Assembly (NCBI RefSeq): GCF_006345805.1 | Contig: NW_021834952.1 | Span: 1 to 43,313 of the forward strand | DNA: 43,313 nt | Source of the DNA: Octopus sinensis | Lineage: Eukaryota | Direction: 5' to 3' | Part shown: positions 1-11,772 of the stretch, one piece after another | How the letters are laid out: each line of letters begins with the position of its first letter | Position numbering within the stretch: position 1 is the first letter of the stretch | Notes under the pieces: model-generated | Databases searched by the model: none | The model's input: the letters and a program-made list of their open reading frames with translations, nothing else | Told to the model about the DNA's origin: nothing | Program-made: the position numbers and the translations under genes

Positions 1-109
1 TGGAAAGTAGAAGGTGTTTGGTACGATGCAGTGGCGTTCAGTCCAGGTGTTACTGTAGGTTTCATTACCAAATTTAGGGGTAGACCTTAAAAAACTATAT
101 ATCTATATA

Positions 110-195
110 CAACGGGCTTCTTACAGTTTCCGTCATTCAAATCCACTTACAAGGCTTCAGCTGGACCGTGGCTATACTAGAAGACACTTACCCTG
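110..195 (-). mobile_element. Degenerate SINE family A fragment
   Basis: ACGGGCTTCTTACAGTTTCCGTC...AGAAGACACTT matches the family A body. Confidence 0.6.
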
Positions 196-245
196 GTAAG
201 AACAAATAGGCGAGGCTTCTTTTTCTTCAAGTTTAAAACGAGACA

Positions 246-382
246 TTGCTGGCATAATTTCTTTATATCTATACTCCACAACCCACGGAAACACCCGAAG
301 TGAAACGTTTCGAAGGATCGCCTTGCTGGCATAATTTCGTTATATCTATACTCCACAACCCACGGAAACACCCGAAGTGAAA
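246..382. repeat. Tandem 60-bp duplication with 17-bp spacer
   Basis: 246-305 and 323-382 differ at one base; the spacer contains the GAAGGATCGCC MITE terminus. Confidence 0.85.
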
Positions 383-418
383 GGTTTTGGTTTTGTCGAG
401 TTATATCGAAAGAATGCC

Positions 419-680
419 AACAAATGACTAAAGATGAAATATTTTCATTGTTGAATACTTATGGAGATGTTTTATAAAGGACAGTGTTGTTATAACTGCG
501 TGTGTGTGTATGGTAGTTGTGAATAGAATTGCTGAAAAATGTATTATAAAAGCGTGTGCAGTGGACGATAAATGCTTAATTACTGTGCATGGTGCTTGAT
601 TAAAAGGAATTCATTAAGGAGGCAAAAATTGGGAAGTGAAGAAATAAACGGAAGCAATCTTAGTGCGCATGCGTCTGTTG
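419..680 (-). promoter_or_regulatory. Third, more diverged copy of the ZNF promoter/exon-1 module
   Basis: Collinear homology to 7775-8040 including TGCGCATGCG at 664-673; donor reads ATAAGT instead of GTAAGT. Confidence 0.55.
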
Positions 681-772
681 TATGGCAGTGCGATAGAAGC
701 TGACCCCCATTTGAGCCCCTTTTCCTCTCAGTGCTATTGAAACGATGTCAGATATATTTTGCCATCTTAACG

Positions 773-1003
773 CGGCGAGCTGGCAGAAACGTTAGCGCGC
801 CGGGTGAAATGCGTAGCCGTATTTCGTCTGCCGTTACGTTCTGAGTTCAAATTCCGCCGAGGTCGACTTTGCCTTTCATCCTTTCGGGGTCGATAAATTA
901 AGTACCAGTTACGCACTGGAGTCGATATAATCGACTTAATACCTATGTCTGTCCTTGTTTGTCCCCTCTGTGTTTAGGCCCTTGTGGGTAATAAAGAAAT
1001 AGG
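773..1003 (+). mobile_element. tRNA-derived SINE family B with LINE-like tail
   Basis: GGCGAGCTGGCAGAAACG head, GAGTTCAAATTCC B box, tail TTGTCCCCTCTGTGTTTAGGCCCTTGTGGGTAATAAAGAAATA. Confidence 0.8.
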
Positions 1004-1578
1004 TATTGTTAGGTGGAGTCAGTGATTACCAATTGTAACGGTAATTTGTGGTGATTGTTGGAGTCGGCAGTTAGCGATTGCAACGGGTGTTGATGTTGCA
1101 GATGAGTAAGATGACAGAAGAACATTGATCGAAATTGTAAACAAAAATTTATTCATCGTAACTTAGTATGTAGTCAAAACCACAATGGGTTGATATGTAC
1201 AATTAGTAAATGGAAAAGCATACGAGGTTAAGAGAGTTAATTTCTTGTTGAGTAAGTGTGTACACGTTCTCATTGTAGTAGTAAGCCATAGATGCTGAGA
1301 CCCCCTTCGGTCATGATTGACCGAATGATTGCACCTAGAAAGTTACCCTCTCAGGTACAAGTCCAAGCAAGGTTGTTTATGGAAGACCAGCAGTCACCCA
1401 TGCATTTACGTTTTATTTATTATTTTGCACTTTACTTAATCATCGTTATATGTTTTTCTTATATTTAATCTTTCTATAATATGCAATTTTCTAGATTGTG
1501 CAAATTAATTTTTCATTATTGAATTGATAGGTGTTTTTTTTTCTAATTGATATATATATATATGTGTGCGCATGTATG

Positions 1579-1985
1579 TCATCATCATCGTTTAACGCCC
1601 GCTTTCCATGCTAGCATGGGTTGGACGGTTCAACTGGGGTCTGGGAAGCCCGAAGGCTGCACCAGGCCAGTCAGATCTGGCAGTATTTCTACAGCTGGAT
1701 GCCCTTCCTAATGCCAACCACTCCGTGAGTGTAGTTGGTACTTTTTACGTGCCTGACAGGGCTGGCGAACAGCCACGCATGGATGGTGGTTTTTACGTGC
1801 CACTGGCACGGAGACTGGACGAGGCTTGCAACGGCCACAATCGGATGGTGTTTGTTATGTGCCACCGGCACGGAGGCCAGTCGATCTGGTGCTGGCTACG
1901 GCCACGTTCGGATGGTTCTCTCACGTGCCACCGGCACTGGCTATGGCCACATTCGGATGGTTCTCTTATGTGCCACTGGCACTGA
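1579..1985 (-). mobile_element. Non-LTR 3' fragment with (GAT)n tail and ~40-bp GTGCCACCGGCAC subrepeats
   Basis: GGATGCCCTTCC motif and ATC/GAT tail (RTE-like by inference); mirror copy at ~42790-43052. Confidence 0.65.
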
Positions 1986-2812
1986 TATCACGTGTATATA
2001 TATATACATATGTTTATCCCTACCACCATTGCCTGACAAGCGGTGGTATGCTTACATCTCCGTAACTTAGTGGTTCAGCAAAACAGACTAATAAAACAAT
2101 TACAAGGCTTACAAAGAATAAATCCTGGGGTCAATTTGTTCGACTAAAACCTAAGTTGGTGTTTAAGCATTTTCACAGTCAAATGACTGAAACAAGAAAG
2201 AGGTGAATGTGTTTATGGCAGGGATGTGCCGCCTGGGTAGGCAGTGTCTACCCTGGAGAAAATAGATCGATAATAATAGTTTCCTTTTATGGCAAAACAT
2301 GCACCAAATTCAATAAAATCAAGAGGGTTACTCTGATTACTATGCATAAAATACAAAATAGTTAATTTTTTTGTAGATCAGGTGGCCATAATTTGCCCCT
2401 ACCTTTCAATTGCAGCATTAAAGCCATACATATGCTATGTACATTCCTCCAACATTGTTTTCCTTACATACTATATAGGTAGAATTAAATCTGCCTCCAA
2501 CATGGTTGCACGCCTTATTTTTCTTTGTTTTACAACATTAACATCACCTACTGCCGACCCTGAGTAATTACTGTTAACACATGCCTGGTTTATAGACTTT
2601 ACCAATTGATTCTTCCCAAATATAACAATATTGGTTTCAACACACTCAAAACAAATTCAAAATCTGGAGGAAATTGCTTTTATTAAAACTATTACAGAGG
2701 TAAGTCATCTCAACAGTGTTTAGTTGAGTTAATATAAAACATAGAGTGTGGGAAGGCTATTATCACACACTGTTATATTTCTTTTCCAATGTAAATACAT
2801 TTAATTATAGAA

Positions 2813-3228
2813 ATTGATCAATGGAAATTGCAGATGTGTTACCAATGCCGGTGGCATGTAAGAGATCCATCCGTTTCGCGACCGTTGCCAGCACCGCCCC
2901 AACTGGCCTCGTTCCGGTGGCACGTAAAAAGCACCATCCGTTCGTGTCCGTTGCCAGCCTTGCCTGGCCCCGTGCCGGTGGCACATAAAAAGCACCATCC
3001 GTTCGTGGCCGTTTGCCAGCTCTGTCTGGCACATGTGCGGGTGGCACGTAAAAAGCACCCACTACACTCACGGAGTGGTTGGCATTAGGAAGGGCATCCA
3101 GCTGTAGAAACTCTGCCAGATCTGACTGGGCCTGATGAAGCTTTTTGGCTTCACAGACCCCAGTTGAACCGTCCAACCCATGCTAGCATGGAAAGCGGAC
3201 ACTAAACGAAGATGATGATGATGATGAA
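2813..3228 (+). mobile_element. Same (GAT)n-tailed family, left-arm specific
   Basis: Empty site TATAGAAGACGG in the right arm near 40950-40962. Confidence 0.75.
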
Positions 3229-3541
3229 GACGGTGTTTGTTTTTAAATTTAAAATAGAAAGAAAGAAATTTGACACTAAACCATATTCCTTCAAGCAGAA
3301 AATAAAAAAGGTTGGCATCATTAAAAGTTCAAACAGCTGTAAAAGACAACCTCAGAAAGAGAGCCAATGATGGGTGGCTTGGTTGTTGTCATGGGTAAAG
3401 TTCACAAAGCTAAGCCCACCTCATTTCAGCAGGAACTCAAATGTTTGTTGATACAGTTACACTTTCATCTAGATACATCTGTGTCCAGTTAAGCCATGAC
3501 TTTGAGAGAATGATTTACCACAAATATCAGTGATGTGGCTT

Positions 3542-5998
3542 CTATCCTGTATGAGGACATTTGTGTAATCTTAAATTACTAAGTTGAGAAAATGATCTGC
3601 TACAAATATCACATTTATAAGGCTTCTCCCCTGTATGAGTACGTTTATGTTTTGTTAAGTTCCTACTTCTAGCGAATGATTTACCACAGATATCACACTG
3701 ATATGGCTTCTCACCAGTGTGACTACGCTTGTGTGCTCTTAAACTACTACTGTCAGAGAATGACTTCTTACAAATATCACACTTATATGGCTTCTTTCCT
3801 GTATGAGTACGCTTGTGTATTGTTAAGCCAGAACTTACAGCGAATGATTTACTGCAGATATCGCACTGATAGGGTTTCTCTCCTGTATGAATACGTTTAT
3901 GAACTGTTAAGCTAGAACTTACAGAGAATGATTTACCGCAGATATTACACCGATATGGCTTCTCCCCTGTGTGACTACGCCTGTGTGACATCAAATTACT
4001 ACTTTGAGAGAATGACTTCCCACAAATATCACACTGGTATGGCTTCTTTTCTGTGTGAATATACTTGTGTGTTCTTAATCTAGTTCTGTCAGAGAATGAC
4101 TTTTTACAAATATCACACTGAAATGGTTTCTCTCCTGTATGAATACGTTTGTGAATAGTCAAATTGTTATTGTGCGAAAAATATTTATTGCAGATATCAC
4201 ACTGGTATGGCTTCTCTCCTGTATGAATACGTTTGTGAGAATTCAAAGTACTGCTTTCAGAGAATGATTTACCACAGATATTACACTGATATGGCTTCTC
4301 TCCTGTATGAATACGCTTGTGTTTAGTTAAGTGAATATTTTGAGGAAATGATTTACCACAGATATCACAACTGTATGGCTTCTCACCTGTGTGAATACGC
4401 CTATGTTTATTTAAATCAACCTTTTGACAGAATGATTTACCACAGATATCACAGTTATATGGCTTCTCTCCTGTATGAATAGATTTATGTACTTTTAAAG
4501 CATTACTTTTAAAGAATGATTTACCGCATATATCACACTGATATGGCTTGTCTCTCGTATGAATCCGTTTGTGAGAAGTTAACGTATAATTTCGGGCGAA
4601 AGATTTACCACAGGTGCCACACTTATATGGTTTCTCTCCTGTATGAATACGTTTGTGTGTAGTTAGGCTTGATGACAAAGAGAATGATTTACCGCAGACA
4701 TCACAGTGATACGGCTTCTCTCCTGTATGAGTTCGTTTGTGTTTAGTTAAGTCAAAACCTTGAGCGAATGATTTACCACAGATATTACAGCAATATGGTT
4801 TCTCCCCTGTATGAATTCGCTTGTGAGACTTCAGAGCATCGCTTTTAGAGAATGATTTACCACAAATATCACAGTGATATGGCTTCTCTTCTGCATGAGT
4901 ACGTTGGTGAGATGTTAACACACCCCTTGCAGAGAATGATTTACTACAGATATCACACTGATATGGCTTCTCTCCTGTATGAATACGTTGGTGAGATGTT
5001 AAAGAATTATTTCTGATGAAAGATTTACCACAAATGTCACAATGAAATGGTCTCTCTCCTGTATGAATACGTTTATGTGCAGTTAGGCCTCCATTCGTAG
5101 AGAATGATTTACCACAGATATTACAGGGATATGGCTTCTCTCCTGTATGAATTCGCTTGTGAGATATGAAAGTACCACTTTGAGAGAATGATTTACCACA
5201 AATACCACAGTGATACGGCTTCTCTCCTGTATGAGTACGTTGGTGAGATTTTAACACACCACTTGCAGAGAATGATTTACCACAGATATCACAGTGATAC
5301 GGCTTCTGTCCTGTATGAATTCGCTTATGTTTAGTTAAATCATTACCTTGAGAGAATGATTTACCACGAATACCACAGTGATTTGGTGTCTCACCTGTAT
5401 GAATACGTTTGTGTGTAGTTAGGCTTGCATTCTGACAGAACGACTTGCCACAGATGTTACATTGATACGGCTTTTCTCCTGTATGAACACGGCGGTGAGA
5501 TATTAAGTTGGTATGTACAGAGAATGATTTACCAAAGATATCACAGCAATACGGATTCTCTCCTGTATGAATTCGCTTGTGGAAATATAAAGCACTCCCT
5601 CCAGAGAACGATTTACCACAAGCACCACAGTGATATGGTTTCTCTCCTGTATGAGTACGTTTGTGTGAAGTTAGGTTTCCATTCTGAGAGAAGGATTTCC
5701 CACAGATATCACATCTATATGGCTTTTCTCCCGTATGAACTCGACGGTGAGATGTTAAGTTGCCACGTACAGAGAATGATTTCCCACAGATATCACATCC
5801 ATATGGCTTCTCTTCCGTATGAACTCGTTGGTGAAATGTTAAACTACTACGTAAAGAGAATGATTTCCCACAGATATTGCAGCAAAATTGCTTCTTCCTT
5901 GTATTATTGCACTTACGTTTTGTTAGGTTACCATTTTCAGAGAATGACTTTTCACAGATATTAAATTCACATGATGGCTTTCCTCTGTCTTTAGGCAT
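3542..5998 (-). CDS. Tandem C2H2 zinc-finger protein, 818 aa: 1 degenerate leader unit plus 28 fingers, no KRAB/SCAN/BTB domain visible
   Basis: Open frame of 28-aa repeats C-x2-C-x12-H-x3-H with TGEKPY linkers. Two fingers have lost the second Cys (CDIF, CGIR). Confidence 0.95.
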   Translation of the reverse strand: MPKDRGKPSCEFNICEKSFSENGNLTKRKCNNTRKKQFCCNICGKSFSLRSSLTFHQRVHTEEKPYGCDICGKSFSVRGNLTSHRRVHTGEKPYRCDICGKSFSQNGNLTSHKRTHTGEKPYHCGACGKSFSGGSALYFHKRIHTGENPYCCDIFGKSFSVHTNLISHRRVHTGEKPYQCNICGKSFCQNASLTTHKRIHTGETPNHCGIRGKSFSQGNDLTKHKRIHTGQKPYHCDICGKSFSASGVLKSHQRTHTGEKPYHCGICGKSFSQSGTFISHKRIHTGEKPYPCNICGKSFSTNGGLTAHKRIHTGERPFHCDICGKSFIRNNSLTSHQRIHTGEKPYQCDICSKSFSARGVLTSHQRTHAEEKPYHCDICGKSFSKSDALKSHKRIHTGEKPYCCNICGKSFAQGFDLTKHKRTHTGEKPYHCDVCGKSFSLSSSLTTHKRIHTGEKPYKCGTCGKSFARNYTLTSHKRIHTRDKPYQCDICGKSFFKSNALKVHKSIHTGEKPYNCDICGKSFCQKVDLNKHRRIHTGEKPYSCDICGKSFPQNIHLTKHKRIHTGEKPYQCNICGKSFSESSTLNSHKRIHTGEKPYQCDICNKYFSHNNNLTIHKRIHTGEKPFQCDICKKSFSDRTRLRTHKYIHTEKKPYQCDICGKSFSQSSNLMSHRRSHTGEKPYRCNICGKSFSVSSSLTVHKRIHTGEKPYQCDICSKSFAVSSGLTIHKRTHTGKKPYKCDICKKSFSDSSSLRAHKRSHTGEKPYQCDICGKSFARSRNLTKHKRTHTGEKPYKCDICSRSFSQLSNLRLHKCPHTG

Positions 5999-7206
5999 GT
6001 CTCCAACAGAAAAATTCCTCTAGTTTTTGCAATATTTATTTCTGAAATAATAATATGTCTATATTTCTATATATTTTTTGTTCCTATTCTTTAATCTTTG
6101 CTATTTTTTCAGCTGCTGTATTTCTGTCCAATTTTCCTTTTATCTAAAAACTTCTGAAAATTTATCCAAGTTTTATTAGCACACAAACTCACTTTGTATA
6201 CACTCCAGATTATGACACAGAAATTTTGCTAATAATCTCAGTTCAGAGCAAAATGTCATTGGAATTTTACAATGAATTCATAGAAATAATGCTAGCTGTC
6301 TCTTCCATATAGCATTTACATTCAGTCTTAAAAGATAGAATGGTTTGAAGGTGCCTCTTCTGTTATGCCAATGTCATCTGTTATTCTGAAATAATGAAAA
6401 AAAAAAAAATCAGTTTAAAATATGGAGGCTACTTGAAAAGCAGAGATTTAATAGCGGAAAACTTATACCATTTCTATAGAGATTAATTGCAGAAAGAAAT
6501 ATTTACTTTAACGACTGAACATTTTAATTTACTAAAATTTACATAACAGAAGCATATACATTTGTAAACAAGAGCTACACCTTCACATTGTGCTAAAATG
6601 TATTAAACTATAAAATAGTAGACGATAACACTCTCTCTCTCCAAAATTATAATTGGACATGGTTATTCAGCCCCAGGTCAGCTTTGACTGGACAAACATG
6701 ATTCAAAGCATTCTCTCCAAAAACATCGTCATCACCACCATAGAACACATTGACAATTGTTGAACGATTTGTTTTAATTTGCCTCTTATGGCATGGTTTC
6801 TATGGTTTGATGTCCTTCCTTATGCCAGTCACCTTATAGAGTGTACTAAGTGCCAGCAAAAGTGCCCTTTATGTGGCACCATTACAAGTGCTCTTTATGC
6901 GGCACCAGCACGCGGTGCTTTTGTCATGGCACCAGCATTTGTAGAAATAACACACAGAGCAACAAGCACGCACGCACAACCCATTGGCTTTGTCTTCCCA
7001 ATTGACAATTGATAAGACAACATGTGGTCACGGAAATACCGATTCAGTGTTTACATTATTTCGAGTTAAAAGGAAAGATCGCCAAGCACAGGAATCGATG
7101 TAATCGACTTATTCACCAGCTAAATTGCTGGCATTGTCAGAAAATTTGAAACCAAATTATAATAGACCGAGTCTAGTGTAATACAAAATATTTCTCAAAC
7201 TAAACC

Positions 7207-7370
7207 AGGCGCAGGAGTGGCTGTGTGGTAAGTAGCTGGTTTACCAACCACATGGTTCCGGGTTCAGTCCTACTGCGTGGCACCTTGGGCAAGTGTCTTC
7301 TACTATAGCCTCGGGCTGACCAAAGCCTTGTGAGTGGATTTGGTAGACGGAAACTGAAAGAAGCCCGTCG

Positions 7371-7432
<62 letters not shown>

Positions 7433-7638
7433 TGTATGTGTCTGTTCCCCTAGCATCGCTTGAAAACCGATGCTGGTGTGTTTATGTCGCCATTACTTAG
7501 TGGTTCGGCAAAAGAGACCGATAGAATAAGTACTGGGCTTACAAAAGAATAAGTCCCGGGGTCGAGTTGCTCGATTAAAGGCAGTGCTCCAGCATGTCCA
7601 CAGTCAGATGACTGAAACAAGTAAAAGAGTAAAAGAGT
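7207..7638 (+). mobile_element. tRNA-derived SINE family A, full length, left-arm specific
   Basis: Head AGGCGCAGGAGTGGCTGTGTGG (A box), GGTTCAGTCC (B box), internal (TA)n, (GTAAAAGA)n tail; empty site near 37280. Confidence 0.88.
7371..7428. repeat. (TA)n microsatellite inside SINE
   Basis: Direct reading. Confidence 0.95.
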
Positions 7639-7832
7639 ATACAACAAACTAACGTTGCAACGATGGACAGGCAACAAAATAGGCTTCGTAGCCAGAAATA
7701 GCAGCCAAATCACGCAGAAAGTAGGCAAATTTCATGTATAAAATGTAGGACAGACACAAAGAATCAATTCGTCAAACACAAATGACTACAATATTAAAAG
7801 ACGAAATATTTTCATTGTTTAATTATACTTAC

Positions 7833-8110
7833 AGAAATGTTGTTATAACTCTGTGTGTGGTAGTTGTGAAATATACTTTAAGTGAGTAGAATTGTTGATA
7901 AAAGGTATTATAAGTGTTTGTGGTGGACGAGAATTGTTTAATAACTGTGAAAGGTGCTTGATTAAAAGGAATTCATTAAACAATGAAAAACTTTGAAGCG
8001 ATCAATTAACGGGAATACATTTCAGTGCGCATGCGTATGTCTCGCAAACAACTTGCACACACGCAAGTGCTACCAGTTAAAAGCTCCGTATACCGGAAGC
8101 TAGCAAGTGT
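7833..8110 (-). promoter_or_regulatory. Putative promoter and non-coding exon 1 of the left ZNF gene
   Basis: TGCGCATGCG (NRF1-like) at 8026-8035, CCGGAAG (ETS-like) near 8094, GTAAGT donor at 7832 and polypyrimidine-TTTCAG acceptor at 6386; all mirrored in the right arm except the ETS-like site. No transcript evidence. Confidence 0.55.
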
Positions 8111-8305
8111 ATGGGGGTCATCAGGAGAGAATGCGCGCCGTTTCGGGGCCTACCTCTCGACGGCATCAATGCGCACCGGCCCCCCACCCACTCACTGATA
8201 TTTGAATTAAAGGTAATATTGGAACGACGTCATAAATATTTTGCCACCAGGCAAACTACAATGTGGTACCCCATAATCTGTCTGAGTTCCCTAATCCTAA
8301 CCCCC

Positions 8306-8356
8306 ATCATTGTATTGTCCCCATCTGTGTTAATCCTTATGGATAATAAAGAAATT
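8306..8356 (+). mobile_element. 51-bp LINE-tail micro-insertion
   Basis: ATCATTGTATTGTCCCCATCTGTGTTAATCCTTATGGATAATAAAGAAATT flanked by TAATCCTAACCCCC at 8292-8305 and 8357-8370. Confidence 0.7.
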
Positions 8357-8434
8357 TAATCCTAACCCCCCCATATATAAAAAAAACACTTTCTTGAAAT
8401 GTATTCGGTACTTATACCGAAGTTACGCATAATA

Positions 8435-8773
8435 GGCGATCCTTCGGTCAGTTAATCAGCAGAATTCTGTTTTAAGTACCCCAATATAAGGTACTACTAA
8501 CAAACTATGGACCCGGTGCGCGCACTCGCGCTAGCTAGCCGTAATTAGCCGATCCTACAATGACTACCGCGTATGTTTGTATATCAAGGCTGAATACATA
8601 TCAAAGAAAATTAAATATTTTTCGAACAAAGTAAAATTTTTTTTTTAATTAAGTAAATAGGCGTAATTTCGGTATAGGTACTGGATACATTTCAAGAAAG
8701 TGGTTTTTTTTTTATATTTAGGGTTAGGGGTGGGAGAAAAGGTTGTTTTATTGAGTTAAACTGAAGGATCGCC
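8435..8773. mobile_element. MITE with GGCGATCCTTC termini
   Basis: 11-bp perfect terminal inverted repeats; no clear TSD. Confidence 0.6.
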
Positions 8774-9034
8774 ACATTTTTCAACAATTCTACACACTTA
8801 AAAGTATATTTCACAATGAGATTACAAGTTCTCAGGTGAATTGGTTGAGATTATCTCCAAATTTTGCAATTTGTCATAAACAGATTACGTAATGTCAGTG
8901 GAAAATAACGCCTTAGCTCCAATAATTTGATTGTGAATAGGAAAACTGGTTAATGGTAGGGTGTATGCATAAATTTATTTCTTTTATAACAGCCCGCTTC
9001 TGTACCTCATTTATATATATAAAACAGCCCGTTT

Positions 9035-9424
9035 GGATCTTTTCGGTTTGAACGGCAGTTTTTCCTAGGTGTCATATGAAATTGTCACCCATAATTATGA
9101 CCCTAGTATCGATCTAATGCATTACAATCTGTTTTAGGGTTAGACGTGGGGGGAAGGGTATCTTTTTTCTTCAGAAATGTAAATAAACCCAATCTGTTTT
9201 TTAAACGAGGGACATGTTCACACAGCACAGAATGTTTTCACCGCAATAGACGTCATTGATTGGTTGAAATTGCAGAAAAAAAATCTTACAAATCATAGAA
9301 TTTTCTCAATAAAGCCAAGAGAAAAAGATGTTTTATAAACACATTCTACCAGTATACGAAGTTTAAAAGTGTTTAGTTACGTGGAAATCATTTAAAAAAA
9401 CTGCCGTTCAAACGGAAAAGATCC
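9035..9424. mobile_element. MITE with 28-bp TIRs (GGATCTTTTC(G/C)GTTTGAACGGCAGTTTT)
   Basis: TIRs with one mismatch; rearranged relative at ~36250-36650. Confidence 0.75.
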
Positions 9425-9849
9425 TTAAAGCCAATTAAACAAATGAGTTGAAGGTACATCAGACTATTTAAAGTCATAAATATATGTTCAGGGTGTGAGG
9501 GTATTGCACTAAGCTGTGCAATAAAAAGCTTATTTCGCAACCGTGGTTCTAGATTCAATGCGCGATAGGCTGACGTGTGGCGCTTACCAGCGATGCCACG
9601 CAATGGGACCGAACCCGGGACTTGGTGATGGCAAAGCAAACGTAACCATTTCGTTATATATTAATCATGAAATCAGATTTTATTGCTGTCTCGATAACGG
9701 CGGAAGGGAGATAACTCGGACGTAAACTGGCTGACAACATTTTAGCGAATATCAAAAATATTTGTGTTTGCTTTGATAATTTCATGAATTTGAGGTCTTG
9801 TTCTGTTATAAAACATTAACGGATTAACACAATCAGCATGAAAAAATGG

Positions 9850-11772
9850 GTTAATATAGGGCGTAACAAATATCAGAAAATCAAAAAAAAAATGTGTGTA
9901 ATAGGTGTAAAACAACTTCCTATGAACGAATATGAAAAAAAAAATTCGCGCACGCGAAAGGGGGGTGGGGGAGAGGCCTCGGAAAATTCACATCGGGAAG
10001 TTCCGAAAGCGTCTGAGGAGCTGACCCGGGCACCAAAACAAAAAAAAAATAGTGTAATATGTGTAAAACAACTTGCTCTAAACGAATGTGAAAAAAAAAT
10101 GCGCTCTCGAGAAAGAGGGGTGGGGGAGAGGCCTCGGAATATTTATATCGGGAATTTCCGAAAGCGTCTGAACCGGGCACAAAAACAAAAACAAAAACAG
10201 CGTAATAGGTGTAAAACAACTTGCTCTAAACGACTATCATGAAAAAAATGCGCGCTCGCGAAAGGGGGGTGGGGGAGAGGCTTCGGAAATTTCACATCTT
10301 CAGTCCACGGCCTTTAAACTAAGAAAAAATAGTGTAATTGGTGTAAAACTACTTGTTCTAAACGAGTATCAAGAACACACACTCACACATGAATCATAAA
10401 CTCCGTATTTCGCAAAAAAAAAAAATAAAGAGAAGAAATTCTGGAAAAAGTGAAGAAATGTTGGATCTCCGCCATGTGAATCAAAATACGTGTCAGAAAC
10501 ATCTTGAAATACTACAGAAATTATGTTACGAAAATGATAATGTATACATACTTCTTTGAGTGGTCCATCGATAATGATGATAAAGAAATGAGTTGGATTT
10601 GAACTCAGAATATTGACTAACACAACTACATACTACAAGACTCAAAATATTCAGCCAAGTCACCACCCTTTAACTAGCAATAATAATAACATCAATAACA
10701 TAACAGCCAAAAGATTTATTTGTTCTGAAAATAACAATCATAGTAAATAAATATGTTCTTTAATATTCACATTCATGTGCACAGTTAAACACACTTACAT
10801 ACAAACAGTCACGCATGCATAATACAAAACGGAACACAAAAATGAAGGATGCATTACTTAGTATATATTACATCTAGAGAATTTTGATTAATAAGTCAAA
10901 TATGCAAATTATAAAGATAATTATTGCTTTACTAAACAGTGTTGTAAAGGTGAAAAAATAAATTTGGGAAAAAAATACACGCCAAAACTAATTAATAAAG
11001 GATAATTAGGGAAGGATTGACACAAAATAATAATTTTTTCTGTCTCTTTTTTTCTGATAAATGCATCTTAATAAGTGAGAAGAATTGCATATATCTGAAC
11101 TATTTCAAAGAAAAGCATAAATTTAATGTTTAAAATAGCTTTAACCAAGGAATGAGATCCAACATTTCTTCACTTTTTCCAGAATTTCTTCTCTTTATTT
11201 TTTTTTTTTGCGAAATACGGAGCTTATGATTCATGTGTGAGTGTGTGTTCTTGATACTCGTTTAGAACAAGTAGTTTTACACCAATTACACTATTTTTTC
11301 TTAGTTTAAAGGCCGTGGACTGAAGATGTGAAATTTCCGAAGCCTCTCCCCCACCCCCCTTTCGCGAGCGCGCATTTTTTTCATGATAGTCGTTTAGAGC
11401 AAGTTGTTTTACACCTATTACGCTGTTTTTGTTTTTGTTTTTGTGCCCGGTTCAGACGCTTTCGGAAATTCCCGATATAAATATTCCGAGGCCTCTCCCC
11501 CACCCCTCTTTCGTGAGAGCGCATTTTTTGTCATATTCGTTTAGAGCAAGTTGTTTTACACATATTACACTATTTTATTTTTGTTTTGGTGCCCGGGTCA
11601 GCCCCTCAGACGCTTTCGGAACTTCCCGATGTGAATTTTCCGAGGCCTCTCCCCCACCCCCCTTTCGCGTGCGCGAATTTTTTTTTTCATATTCGTTCAT
11701 AGGAAGTTGTTTTACACCTATTACACACATTTTTTTTTTGATTTTCTGATATTTGTTACGCCCTATATTAAC
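9850..11772. mobile_element. Foldback-like non-autonomous element, copy 1 (TIRs 9850-10469 and 11154-11772, 684-bp loop)
   Basis: Near-perfect ~620-bp inverted repeats built of ~130-155-bp subunits starting GTGTAAAAC(A/T)ACTT; the uninterrupted host sequence is present near 24080-24110. Confidence 0.85.

Larger units (their letters stand above)
1327..8290 (+). repeat. Left arm of the large inverted duplication
   Basis: Reverse complement of ~36750-43313; anchors 1327<->43313, 5998<->38472, 8026<->36896, 8250-8285<->36760-36795. Confidence 0.93.

Noticed and set aside
3676-5964. Plus-strand ORFs with [16 protein letters not shown] repeats (also 39316-40206 on the minus strand)
   Set aside because: Antisense shadows of the zinc-finger repeats.
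6779-7012. 77-aa ORF conserved in both arms (37475-37708)
   Set aside because: Lies in the predicted intron and starts at TTG; conservation reflects arm identity only.
9838-10370. Regular subunits as a CRISPR-like array
   Set aside because: Eukaryotic context, long homologous subunits without unique spacers, no cas genes.
9838-10623. Lys-rich or Phe-rich ORFs in the foldback TIRs as a transposase or H1 candidate
   Set aside because: Low-complexity products of poly-A runs; no DDE, HTH or winged-helix motif recognisable.
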